A DNA stretch of 64,000 bases from NCBI GenBank assembly GCA_041660485.1, contig JBAZWF010000001.1, forward strand, positions 346,224 through 410,223, given 5' to 3'. This document shows positions 17,500 through 26,906 of the stretch, piece after piece. Each line of letters starts with the position of its first letter. Positions within the stretch are counted from its first letter, which is position 1. The notes beneath the pieces were generated by a model. That model saw only the letters and a program-made list of their open reading frames with translations, searched no databases and was not told where the DNA came from. Origin of the DNA: Candidatus Pacearchaeota archaeon. GTDB taxonomy: Archaea > Nanobdellota > Nanobdellia > Pacearchaeales > GW2011-AR1. The position numbers and the translations under genes are program-made.

Positions 17500-17536
17500 T
17501 CGCACATTTTAAAAACTCCTTCTTCTTTTTCAAATT

Positions 17537-18292
17537 ATGTTAGATATTTGGTTTTATTCAATATTTAGTGTATTAATTATAAGTCTTGTTTCACTTATTG
17601 GAATTATTACTTTGCCAATTAATGCAAAAAGATTTGAACAAATTATTGTTTATATGATTTCTTTTTCTGCTGGAGCATTATTAGGAGATGCATTTATTCA
17701 TTTATTACCCGAAGCTATTAAAGAAAATGGATTTACAGTTCAAATATCTTTATTTTTAATTTCAGGAATTATTTTTTCATTTATTATAGAAAAAATTCTA
17801 CACTGGCGCCATTGTCATCATCCAACAACTAAAGAACATCCACATAATTTATCTACAATGAATTTATTTGGAGAAGGGGTCCATAATTTTATTGATGGTA
17901 TAATTATTGGAGCAAGTTATATTGTTTCAATTCCTGTGGGCATTGCTGCAACAACTGCTATTTTATTCCATGAAATTCCCCAAGAAATAGGAGATTATAG
18001 TGTTCTTGTTTATGGAGGATTTTCAAGAAGAAAAGCATTACTTATGAATTTTTTAATTTCTCTTACTGCAGTTTTAGGAGTAATAATCTCTTTAATTATG
18101 GGAATTTATACTGATAATTTCTTATTATTTTTAATTCCCTTTGCAGCAGGAAATTTTATTTATATTGCCTGTTCCGATTTAATCCCTGAAATCCATAAGA
18201 ACAGTGATAAAATTTCAAAATCTTTAATGCAATTGATTCTATTTATTTTAGGAATTGCAATAATGTACTTTTTTAGAATTTTTGGTAGTTAA
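17537..18292 (+). CDS. ZIP family metal transporter
   Basis: HEIPQEIGD signature, an H-rich loop (HWRHCHHPTTKEHPH), and multiple TM helices. Confidence 0.75.
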   Translation: MLDIWFYSIFSVLIISLVSLIGIITLPINAKRFEQIIVYMISFSAGALLGDAFIHLLPEAIKENGFTVQISLFLISGIIFSFIIEKILHWRHCHHPTTKEHPHNLSTMNLFGEGVHNFIDGIIIGASYIVSIPVGIAATTAILFHEIPQEIGDYSVLVYGGFSRRKALLMNFLISLTAVLGVIISLIMGIYTDNFLLFLIPFAAGNFIYIACSDLIPEIHKNSDKISKSLMQLILFILGIAIMYFFRIFGS

Positions 18293-18894
18293 ACTCCCAA
18301 GTATCTCATTAAACCCGGGCGAGGTTCATAAATAATGCCCTGTTCTAAAGCTTTTTTAATTTCTTGATTTATAAGTTCTGGTGAAGCTTTTAATTCCATA
18401 ATAAGTTTTTCAGAAGTAATTCCTTCTGGCTCTGCACTTTTAATTTTATCTATTAATTGGTCTGCAAGAACTAGAATTTGTTCTTTATTAACTGTTTTAG
18501 GAGCTTCTTTTTCAAATTCTAGTTTTCTAACTAATAAATATCTTGGATCTTGAATTCTAATTATTTCTGGAGTTATATATAACTCATCATTATAGCTTCT
18601 TAAAAGCCCAATAAGCATTACTGTATCTCCTTGACTAAGATTTGCAAATTTATTTACATCTTCACCAAATATTTTAATCCTAATTTGTCCTGAAGCATCA
18701 TCAATTGTTAAACTGATATATTGTTTTTCTTCTGAAGAATATTTATCTACTACATTTGCAACAATATTTACTCGAGAAATTTTTCTATCGCCTAATTCCA
18801 AGAAAGAAAATCTTTCATTATCCATAATAGGTTTTCCTTTTAGAATATCACCAATTCTAATTTTGTATGCTGTTTGTCTTTTAAAATCTGCCAT
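18289..18894 (-). CDS. OB-fold ssDNA-binding protein (RPA32-like) with a C-terminal winged helix
   Basis: OB-fold-like core VNIVANVV...ISLTIDDASGQIRIKIFG. Lies next to MCM. Assignment rests on pattern only. Confidence 0.45.
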   Translation of the reverse strand: MADFKRQTAYKIRIGDILKGKPIMDNERFSFLELGDRKISRVNIVANVVDKYSSEEKQYISLTIDDASGQIRIKIFGEDVNKFANLSQGDTVMLIGLLRSYNDELYITPEIIRIQDPRYLLVRKLEFEKEAPKTVNKEQILVLADQLIDKIKSAEPEGITSEKLIMELKASPELINQEIKKALEQGIIYEPRPGLMRYLGV

Positions 18895-19161
18895 TTTCCT
18901 CTTTTATTAATATATAAGTAACAATAAATAACCTATTTAAAAGTTTATTTTGTCTATTGCTATGATTAAATTTTATCTTTCTCTAGTGTTAAGTAAATAT
19001 ACTCTATCTTTACCAAACTTTTAGTAAGTTATAGTTAATTCTACTAGTTATTATAGATTATAATTGCATATTAACTTTTGACATTGATTTATTAATATTT
19101 TTATGTTTCCAAATAAAGTAAAAGTAATCTTTTTAATAAGTTATCTAATTATTACTCAACT

Positions 19162-21183
19162 TTATGAAGTCCTTTGTAAATATCCTTTTTTAGGATAAAA
19201 AATATCTCCAGATAAAGCTAATTTATCTAGGGCTTCTTCAATATCTTGTTTAGGAATTTTATCTCCAATTTCTTTTTCAATTTCTTCAATTGGAATTGTT
19301 TTTCCGATTCTTGATTCTAATTTATAGATTGTTTCTCTTACATCATTAATTTTTCCCCTTTTTGAAGCAGTTACCCCAGTCATAATTTTATCAATATCAA
19401 ATGATTTTGATTCATAATCAAAACCTGCTTGCATAAGATAATATTTCATTAAATTAATTGCTCTTTGTGCATCTTCTTTTTCAACAATTGGAGATAATCT
19501 TGTTTTAGCAGAAGCTTCTCCTAATCTAACAAGTGCTTCTAATTGTCTTGCAGTAATAGGGATAGGTGAAGGTTTCATAGGATCACTTGTTTGAGTATGT
19601 GCATTTCTAAGAGTAACATAAAAACTTTTAATTTCATTAACTGCATCATCAGAAAGTTTGGGAAAAACTTTTTGCTTTGCATAAGCAATGTATTTTCTAA
19701 ATAAAGCAGGATCAATTGAACCTCTTTGAACTGAACTTTGATGTTCAAATAAAACATGTGAAGCAATAGCTTCATCTTTAGCTTTATCAGGCAAATCTCT
19801 AAGCATAAAAATTACATCAAATCTATTTAATAGTGTTGGCTGAATATCAATTTGTGAGGCAATTGATTGATATGGGTCAAATCTTCCAAATTTAGGGTTT
19901 CCTGCAGCTAATACACTTGTTTCTGCTCTTAAAGATGCATTTACATTTGCTTTGCTAATTGTTACAGATTGTTGTTCCATTGCTTCATGCATTGCACTTC
20001 TATCCTGAGGGTCCATTTTTTCAATTTCATCAATACAAACTATTCCCTTATTTGAAAGAACCATTGCACCAGCTTCTAAACTCCAACCTTTCAAAAATTC
20101 ATCTCTAACAACTGTCGCTGTTAATCCTGCACCAGATGCACTTTTACCAACAACATATCTTCCTTTTGGAGCTATTTTAGAAATAAATTTTAATGTAATA
20201 CTTTTTGCTACTCCAGGATCACCCACTAAAAGTACGTGAATATCTCCTCTTGAAACAGTACCATCAACTTTTTGTTTTCTAACTCCTCCAAATAATTGTA
20301 ATACTAAAGCTTGTTTAACTTCTTCAAAACCATAAATACTTGGAGCAATATTTTCTGCAAGTTTTTTATAAACATGAGGATCAACTGCAAGTTCTTTTAT
20401 TTGTAGCTCATCTTCTTCAGAAATTTTTAATTCATCATAACTTTCTTCTAATGGAATAACATTATTTGCATCAATTGCTAAATCAAATCTTGTTGAAACT
20501 CCAATTGGTAAAGGTACAGTAACTTCATTTAAAATTCCAAGAATCCTTACTTTGCTTCCAGGAGTTGTTCTTTCTTCCATTTTAGGATCAACTAAATCTT
20601 CTTTAACAAAAACATTCATTCTTCTTGGCTGTTCTCCTCCAACAAGCGCTTCTGGACTTTCTTCAACAACTAATCTTTGAGTATCAACCATCTGTTTTGT
20701 TAATAATTTGAAGAAACCTTTTCTGCCACATGAACATCTTGAAGGTTCTTTAAACTTTTTTTCAAGTTGTAAAACCGAGATTACAGAACCGCAAGAAGGA
20801 CATTCAAACTTTGCACTTACAACTTGTGGGCGGACATCACTAGCCTGCCTTATAATTCCTTCAACCCAAATAAATTTATTTAGGTGTTTTGCCCTAATAT
20901 TTCTTATTTTAACAAAACTATCTGCAGGCAAATCAAATAATCTAATTTTAGGATTTTTAACTGGTAATCCAGTTTCTTGTAATGCAGTTTCTAAAAGGGT
21001 TATTATTTCTTCAGGTCTTTCTACTAAGGTTTCAGATATTTTAGGAGAAAAAGCAGATAAATCATTAAAACTAAGATAGAGAACTCCATCTTGTGAACGA
21101 ATTGCTTCTCCAATTTTCTTTTTTTGAGAATTGAAAAAAGATTTAGCCTCTGTTATGTATTCCTCTGTTTTTAACTTCTCCAT
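19162..21183 (-). CDS. mcm: MCM replicative helicase
   Basis: Walker A GDPGVAKS, Walker B CIDEIEKM, sensor/arginine finger SVLAAGNP...LLNRFDVIF, and an N-terminal zinc motif CPSCG...CSCG. Confidence 0.92.
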   Translation of the reverse strand: MEKLKTEEYITEAKSFFNSQKKKIGEAIRSQDGVLYLSFNDLSAFSPKISETLVERPEEIITLLETALQETGLPVKNPKIRLFDLPADSFVKIRNIRAKHLNKFIWVEGIIRQASDVRPQVVSAKFECPSCGSVISVLQLEKKFKEPSRCSCGRKGFFKLLTKQMVDTQRLVVEESPEALVGGEQPRRMNVFVKEDLVDPKMEERTTPGSKVRILGILNEVTVPLPIGVSTRFDLAIDANNVIPLEESYDELKISEEDELQIKELAVDPHVYKKLAENIAPSIYGFEEVKQALVLQLFGGVRKQKVDGTVSRGDIHVLLVGDPGVAKSITLKFISKIAPKGRYVVGKSASGAGLTATVVRDEFLKGWSLEAGAMVLSNKGIVCIDEIEKMDPQDRSAMHEAMEQQSVTISKANVNASLRAETSVLAAGNPKFGRFDPYQSIASQIDIQPTLLNRFDVIFMLRDLPDKAKDEAIASHVLFEHQSSVQRGSIDPALFRKYIAYAKQKVFPKLSDDAVNEIKSFYVTLRNAHTQTSDPMKPSPIPITARQLEALVRLGEASAKTRLSPIVEKEDAQRAINLMKYYLMQAGFDYESKSFDIDKIMTGVTASKRGKINDVRETIYKLESRIGKTIPIEEIEKEIGDKIPKQDIEEALDKLALSGDIFYPKKGYLQRTS

Positions 21184-21274
21184 ATTAACCCAAAATTATC
21201 TTCATTTATATTGATTTCTATGGAGAAATATAGATTAAAAAATCTCTTAACAACTTTTGAATGACAAGAAATTA

Positions 21275-21823
21275 TTACTTCTTATTTGCAAGAACTTCTT
21301 TAATATTCTTATTAAGTATAACCATACTATCGTCTAATTGCTGTTTATTCTTTGTTCCAGTACATACAAGTTTTCCATTGCTAAATAATAAAAATGTAGC
21401 ATTAGGTTCAATTAATTTGTATACTAATCCTGGAAATTGTTCAGGTTCATATTCTGTATTTTGTAAAGCCAAAGCAAGATAGTTCAAATTAAGTCTTAAA
21501 TCAATACTTCCAGAAGCTACAATATTTTGAACAGTAATTTTAGGTTTATCAGTTATTTTAACATTAATTCTTCTTAGTTGTTTAATTACTTGATTAATTA
21601 CTTCTTTAACTTGTGCAATAGATTTTGTTCCTGTGCATACCAAATTACCAGATGAAAAAACAAGAACAGCTGATTTTGGCTTTTTAATTCTTAAAACCAA
21701 GCCCGGAAATTGTTCAGGATTATACTCTGTATTTGTCTGAGTTCTAGCTAATTTTGTTAAACTCACAGGTTTTCCTAAAGAAGCAGTAGCAACAATATTT
21801 TGAACAGCGAGATTACTTGTCAT
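21275..21823 (-). CDS. tbp: TATA-box binding protein
   Basis: Two direct TBP repeats (VQNIVATASLG... and VQNIVASGSID...) with EQFPGLV in each. Confidence 0.9.
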   Translation of the reverse strand: MTSNLAVQNIVATASLGKPVSLTKLARTQTNTEYNPEQFPGLVLRIKKPKSAVLVFSSGNLVCTGTKSIAQVKEVINQVIKQLRRINVKITDKPKITVQNIVASGSIDLRLNLNYLALALQNTEYEPEQFPGLVYKLIEPNATFLLFSNGKLVCTGTKNKQQLDDSMVILNKNIKEVLANKK

Positions 21824-21825
21824 AT

Positions 21826-21854
21826 CCTTTATAAAGGCACCCCCTTTATAAAGC
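21826..21854. promoter_or_regulatory. pair of palindromic TATA-like boxes in the tbp upstream / divergent promoter region
   Basis: CCTTTATAAAGG at 21826-21837 is a perfect 12-bp palindrome. CCTTTATAAAGC at 21843-21854 is a near copy offset by 17 bp. Confidence 0.5.
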
Positions 21855-21928
21855 TATCGTTGTGGATTTTTCTGGAAATCTAACTGCGCCACAATAATCT
21901 ATTTAAACTAAAATATTGCTTTAAACAA

Positions 21929-22360
21929 ATGAATTATAAGGAAAATATAAAAGAATTTGATGCAAGGAATATTTATTTGTCCATGCTTACTTCAGAAACT
22001 GCAATAGAAATAGATAATTATATGCTAGGAAAAGACAATAAAAATGAAGCAGCAAAATATTTATCACAATTACTTAGTGAAACAACACAAGGAGAAAACC
22101 TTAAAGCATTATTACCTGGCAATTTTGGAATATTAAGCAATGCAATTTCATCTAGAGAACATTTCCAAGAATATTGGAAAGGTAAAGATACCAGCGATTT
22201 AACTTTTCAAATAAATTTAGTAGCAAAAGACTTAGGAGATTTTAAAAATTTAAGAAAAGGCCAACAAATATCATTACTAGAATTTTGCTGTAATCTTACT
22301 AAAGAGATTTTAATTCATCGAAACAAATATTATTCAAGAAGTTCTAGACTTGTTGCTTGA
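21929..22360 (+). CDS. hypothetical protein
   Basis: 143-aa ORF with no recognised motif. Confidence 0.4.
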   Translation: MNYKENIKEFDARNIYLSMLTSETAIEIDNYMLGKDNKNEAAKYLSQLLSETTQGENLKALLPGNFGILSNAISSREHFQEYWKGKDTSDLTFQINLVAKDLGDFKNLRKGQQISLLEFCCNLTKEILIHRNKYYSRSSRLVA

Positions 22361-22374
22361 AAAGTTAATAATAA

Positions 22375-23100
22375 CTATTTTCTCTTAAAAACAAAAATAG
22401 TGCAAATAAACCCATGGTCATTTAAATTTTTCTTTTGGTAAAGCTCAAACTTATTTTTCTTAAATAAATCAAGATAAAATGATTCTTCCCTATTATAATC
22501 AATTAATTTTCCAATTTCTGGAATATCCGAATAATGCAATACTTCTTTATATTTTTTGCCGGCAAAAGAAACAATATTATTTTCTATACATAAATCCTTT
22601 TTAGATTTTAACTTTTCTTCAAGATATTTTTCATCAGCAACAACCAGAATAAACTTACCTTCTTTATTAAGCATAGAATAAATTTTCTGTGATACTTTTT
22701 CTAAATCTTCGGAAGCAAAATGAGGAAACACATAAATTGCTGTAATAAAATCAAATTTTTCATCAATTTGAACCTCTTGAAATGTTTTATTATATGTAAT
22801 TAATTTAATAGTCTTTTCATAAAATTGACTTTTTCTTATAAAATTTTCATAATTTTTATGAGAAGGTTCACATCCAGCAATAGTGATATTATCATAATGT
22901 TTTTTCAAATCATTAGTTAACATTTTTATGAAAAATCCTATGCCAAATCCAATATCAAACAGCTTAATGCTCTTCTCTTTTTTATTCAAAATAATATTTT
23001 TAATAATATAATTATTTACAAGATAATTTATCTTTGTTTTTTCTTGATTTTCCCAATTAATTTTATCGTATTGTAAATAAAAGAAATTTTTGTTTTTCAT
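22375..23100 (-). CDS. class I SAM-dependent methyltransferase
   Basis: Motif I LFDIGFGIGFF and the general Rossmann-fold methyltransferase layout. Confidence 0.65.
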   Translation of the reverse strand: MKNKNFFYLQYDKINWENQEKTKINYLVNNYIIKNIILNKKEKSIKLFDIGFGIGFFIKMLTNDLKKHYDNITIAGCEPSHKNYENFIRKSQFYEKTIKLITYNKTFQEVQIDEKFDFITAIYVFPHFASEDLEKVSQKIYSMLNKEGKFILVVADEKYLEEKLKSKKDLCIENNIVSFAGKKYKEVLHYSDIPEIGKLIDYNREESFYLDLFKKNKFELYQKKNLNDHGFICTIFVFKRK

Positions 23101-23102
23101 TT

Positions 23103-24788
23103 TTACTTCTGCCCCTCATATTCTTTTTCAATGTCTTTTAAAGTTGCAATTTCACTAACTGATTTGTCCGGGCGCAAAGCAACAACTCTTGGAAACCTTA
23201 AAGCATAGCCAGAAGAATATGTTGGAGATTTTTGAATTTCTTGATAGATAATTGCAACAACAATTTTAGGTTTAACTCTAACATCACGCCCTTCTGCAGA
23301 AATTTCTAATGGCTTTAATAACTTTGTTAGTTCTTGAAATGAAACACCTTCTTCTGATTTTTCTTTTATACCCGTGCCTACACGCCCAACTTCTAAAAAT
23401 TCACCATTATTTTTGCATGCTAAAATAAAACTGCTCAACCATCCTGCTCTTTTTCCAGTTCCAAATTCTGCACCAACAATAACTAAATCTAAATCTCTAT
23501 GCTCGGGTTTCAACTTAACCATATAACCCACTCTTGAACCTGGCTTATAGATTCCCTGAAGATTTTTTATCATTAAACCTTCTTGATTTGATTTTAATGC
23601 TTCATCAAAAAATTCCTTTGCTTTTTTTTCATCATCTGTTATTAATTGTTTTGCAGCAATTATTCTATAAGGAATATTTTTAACAAGTTTTCTTAATAAC
23701 TTTGTTCTTTCAATAAAAGGTTTATTAATTAAATTTTCTCCATTATAAAAAAGAATATCAAAAACATTAACTTCTACTGGAAAATCTTTAACCATTTTTT
23801 CAATGTCATATTTTCTTTTTATTCTCTGACTTATTGACTGGAAAGGCAGATATTTTTTTGTCCTAGGTTCGTAACCAACAATCTCACAATCAATAATAAA
23901 CGAACTTCCACCAACAAATTTATCCACATATTCAACAACATCTGGAAATTGTTTAGAAACATTTTCTAATCTTCTTGTAAATAAAGTTATTTTTCCATCA
24001 CTCTTATTTATTATTAATCTAAATCCATCATATTTATATTCAAATGCGGCAGGTTTTCCAACAACTTCAAAACCTTCTGTAATTGAACTAACTTTCTGTG
24101 CAAGCATTGCTTTAACAGGAGTGCCAACATGCAAATTAATCTTTTCAATTTCTTTTAAACCTTTTTTAGCAGATTCAAACATTAAAACCATATCAGGATA
24201 TAAATCATAAGCAGATTGAATTTTTTTAGAAGCTTCTTGTTTTATATCTGGAAAAAAAGCTTCTCCAATTGCATCTCTAATTGTACTTTCCTGCAACCCA
24301 ATACGCAAATCATTTAATAATATTCTAACTAAATATTTTGCTTCAACTGGTTTTGCTTCTGACAACAAACCTGCAATTAAATCAATCTTCTTCCCAACAG
24401 TTCCTTTCCCTTCAAAATCTACTAATAATTTTAATTCATGAATAATTTTTTCTGTAGTTAAATTTTCATGAAACAAATGAGCTTGTTTTTTATTTCCAGT
24501 TAACTTTTCAGCAACTTGTCCTAAATCTCCTATTTTTCTCCATTCTTGGATTATTTTTCCTTCATTTTCTCCTGTTGCTTTTGAAATAGCTTTTATTACA
24601 GTCTGATTACTTATTCCAATTTGTTTATTGCCATATGCAGGATATATAGTTCCTAATAATAAATAAATAACTTCTTTATCTGAAATAGATAATTTTTTTA
24701 AAAAATATGAAATAATTGAAGTTTTTTCAAGACGTTTTGTTGTTGCATTTACTGCTTCATATACTTCACATAATTCAGAATATTTCAT
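23103..24788 (-). CDS. lig: ATP-dependent DNA ligase
   Basis: Adenylation motif EYKYDGFR, motif EGLMIK, and the overall archaeal Lig1 length and layout. Confidence 0.9.
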   Translation of the reverse strand: MKYSELCEVYEAVNATTKRLEKTSIISYFLKKLSISDKEVIYLLLGTIYPAYGNKQIGISNQTVIKAISKATGENEGKIIQEWRKIGDLGQVAEKLTGNKKQAHLFHENLTTEKIIHELKLLVDFEGKGTVGKKIDLIAGLLSEAKPVEAKYLVRILLNDLRIGLQESTIRDAIGEAFFPDIKQEASKKIQSAYDLYPDMVLMFESAKKGLKEIEKINLHVGTPVKAMLAQKVSSITEGFEVVGKPAAFEYKYDGFRLIINKSDGKITLFTRRLENVSKQFPDVVEYVDKFVGGSSFIIDCEIVGYEPRTKKYLPFQSISQRIKRKYDIEKMVKDFPVEVNVFDILFYNGENLINKPFIERTKLLRKLVKNIPYRIIAAKQLITDDEKKAKEFFDEALKSNQEGLMIKNLQGIYKPGSRVGYMVKLKPEHRDLDLVIVGAEFGTGKRAGWLSSFILACKNNGEFLEVGRVGTGIKEKSEEGVSFQELTKLLKPLEISAEGRDVRVKPKIVVAIIYQEIQKSPTYSSGYALRFPRVVALRPDKSVSEIATLKDIEKEYEGQK

Positions 24789-24835
24789 AATCTCTCTAAG
24801 AAGATATTGTATTTAAGTTTTGTGAGAATAACTTT

Positions 24836-25351
24836 TTATCTCAATGCTCTTGACTTAGTTCCTGCACTTGTTAATCCTCTAAAAGCTCTTTTTCTATTGT
24901 CTTTTTTACAAATCCAATTTATTGTAGGATCGCTTTTTATTTCAGGTACACTTGGATCGACTAAAATAACTTCATAAAAATAATTCATTCCATCTTTTCC
25001 AACTTCATAAGAATTAAGAACTTCCAAATTTTGATATTTTCTTCCTGCTCTTTGTTCAGCTACTCCTTGATAACTTATTGCAAGTATTTTTTTAACACTT
25101 AATGTTCTTCCTTTTTTTCTTGCTTTTCTTGGTCTTGGTCTTGCTCTTCCGCCTCTTAATATTTTAACTCTAACAACCATAAAACCGTTTTTAGCTTTAT
25201 ATCCTAAAGCTCTTGCTTTGTCTAATCTTAATGGTTTTTCAACTTGTACAATAGCTCCTTCGCTTCTCCATTTAGTCATTCTTTCACGAAGAACTTTTTG
25301 ATCTGGACTTTTCCAAGATTCTCTTATAAAATGATACATTCCTTTTGTCAT
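24836..25351 (-). CDS. rpl15e: ribosomal protein L15e
   Basis: N-terminal MYHFIRESWK and a basic RGGRARPRPRKARKKG region. Confidence 0.85.
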   Translation of the reverse strand: MTKGMYHFIRESWKSPDQKVLRERMTKWRSEGAIVQVEKPLRLDKARALGYKAKNGFMVVRVKILRGGRARPRPRKARKKGRTLSVKKILAISYQGVAEQRAGRKYQNLEVLNSYEVGKDGMNYFYEVILVDPSVPEIKSDPTINWICKKDNRKRAFRGLTSAGTKSRALR

Positions 25352-25401
25352 GTTTATTCATACGAAAAATGCTTTTTAAATCTTCCTTTTTAAATTATAT
25401 A

Positions 25402-25475
25402 TGAAGCTGCCAGGATTTGAACTTGGGACCCCTGCCTTATCAGAGCAGTGCTCTACCAGGCTGAGCTACAGCTTC
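25402..25475 (-). tRNA. tRNA-Ile(GAU)
   Basis: Cloverleaf read by hand. Acceptor stem GAAGCUG/CAGCUUC, anticodon loop CUGAUAA, T-loop UUCAAAU. One A-C mismatch in the T stem. Confidence 0.85.
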
Positions 25476-25535
25476 ATAGTTTTTTTAACTAAATTTTGTT
25501 TATAAGGCTTTGGTTTTTTGCTGTGATAGAAAATC

Positions 25536-26213
25536 TTACTTTAAGGCAAGTTCAAGAAAAAGTGTTTCGTCTTGTAAATAATAATTTATCAAGGGTAATT
25601 TAACATTTAAATCTTTAAAATATATTGCATTATCTGCAAGAGCTTTAATTTCAATTCCATTTTCAAGCAAATTCATATTTATTTTTTTAATAGATTTAAC
25701 TCCTGGCACAGATATTTCATAAACTATTTTATCTGATAATCTTCTGACATTTGTTTCAGCTTCTTTTCTTGGCAGAGATTTAGAGTTAATCAATAAATCT
25801 CTGTCAATCTTAGGAATTTCAACAGATTTTGTTGGCTGTCCAACAATTAAAGGATTTATTTCAATGTTATTTTTTGGCAAATTTGAAATATTTGATATTT
25901 TAATTGGTTTTTGCCCAGGGCTAGAAATATGAATACTAAAACTTGAAAAATTGCTTTTAATTGGAACTTCTTTTTTTATTGGAGCATTTTTTAATTCTCT
26001 ATCTAATTCTGACATTTGTTTGTTAAGTTCATTCATTAAAGAATTGAAAATTCCATTTAACCCTAAGGGCATAGGTTCAAATGTTTCTGAGTCTTCTTTT
26101 CCAATAAGTCCGTAATCTTCTTGTCTCAGATTAACTCTAACTCCACAAAACGGGCAAAAATCAAATTTATTGCCAACTTTCTTATCGCATCTTGGACAAC
26201 GTGATTTAAACAT
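25536..26213 (-). CDS. zinc-ribbon protein with a possible Hsp20/ACD-like C-terminal domain
   Basis: N-terminal CPRCD...CPFCG. The C-terminal beta-rich region resembles small heat-shock domains, but this is a low-certainty call. Confidence 0.35.
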   Translation of the reverse strand: MFKSRCPRCDKKVGNKFDFCPFCGVRVNLRQEDYGLIGKEDSETFEPMPLGLNGIFNSLMNELNKQMSELDRELKNAPIKKEVPIKSNFSSFSIHISSPGQKPIKISNISNLPKNNIEINPLIVGQPTKSVEIPKIDRDLLINSKSLPRKEAETNVRRLSDKIVYEISVPGVKSIKKINMNLLENGIEIKALADNAIYFKDLNVKLPLINYYLQDETLFLELALK

Positions 26214-26299
26214 AAAATTCTTAGCAGAAAATAGTTTAAAAAACTTATGTATCGTATCTGTATAAGAATATTTTTATACTATAAAATATCTAAGACTAA

Positions 26300-26509
26300 A
26301 TGAACGAACTAACCCTTGAAAAGCTTGGAAGGGAAATTTGTCTAGGGCATATAGTTAATCAGGCAAATGATTGTGCAAAATGCCCTTGGGACAGCACCAA
26401 AGATTCTTGTTTAATTAGAAGATATATCCCTGCAAATACTTCCCATCTTATTTATTCAGGGCTTCTTGTTCTGCCAGAAGACAAAAATGGAAAATATCAT
26501 GAGATTTAA
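26300..26509 (+). CDS. hypothetical small Cys-containing protein
   Basis: 69-aa ORF. Confidence 0.3.
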   Translation: MNELTLEKLGREICLGHIVNQANDCAKCPWDSTKDSCLIRRYIPANTSHLIYSGLLVLPEDKNGKYHEI

Positions 26510-26876
26510 TCAATCTAATTTCAAAGAAATTAATAATCAAATACCAAGAATTCCTCATTTAAGATGGAATCTTATTCCTTCAAAAGATTATAATGAAGGA
26601 GTTAAATGGTTTTTTCTTATTTTAAGTTATCCAAGAGAAATATCGGTTTATACTTCTAGGATTTATCAGCAGTTAAAACCAATTATGAAACATAATGAAA
26701 GTGATGGAGATGTTTTAGAAAGCAAATTAGTCTATCGCCTTATAACTCTTGAAACTCCTAAAGGAGAGGTTGATTTTAACAAAATATATTGTGGAAAAAG
26801 AGTTCGTGATGAAAGGCTTTATGACCGTCAGCAAAGAGATGGGCTTGAAGATTATATCTCAAATCAATTAGGTTAA
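26466..26876 (+). CDS. hypothetical protein (start uncertain; alternative ATG at 26487 or 26499)
   Basis: 136-aa ORF that overlaps the preceding ORF in another frame. Confidence 0.35.
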   Translation: MFCQKTKMENIMRFNQSNFKEINNQIPRIPHLRWNLIPSKDYNEGVKWFFLILSYPREISVYTSRIYQQLKPIMKHNESDGDVLESKLVYRLITLETPKGEVDFNKIYCGKRVRDERLYDRQQRDGLEDYISNQLG

Positions 26877-26906
26877 TTTTATTAATGCTTAACTTCTATT
26901 TAATCT

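Noticed and set aside
26300-26876. Possible programmed frameshift joining ORFs 26300-26509 and 26466-26876.
   Set aside because: No slippery heptamer or downstream structure is evident in the overlap. Internal ATGs at 26487 and 26499 give an ordinary short overlap between two separate genes.
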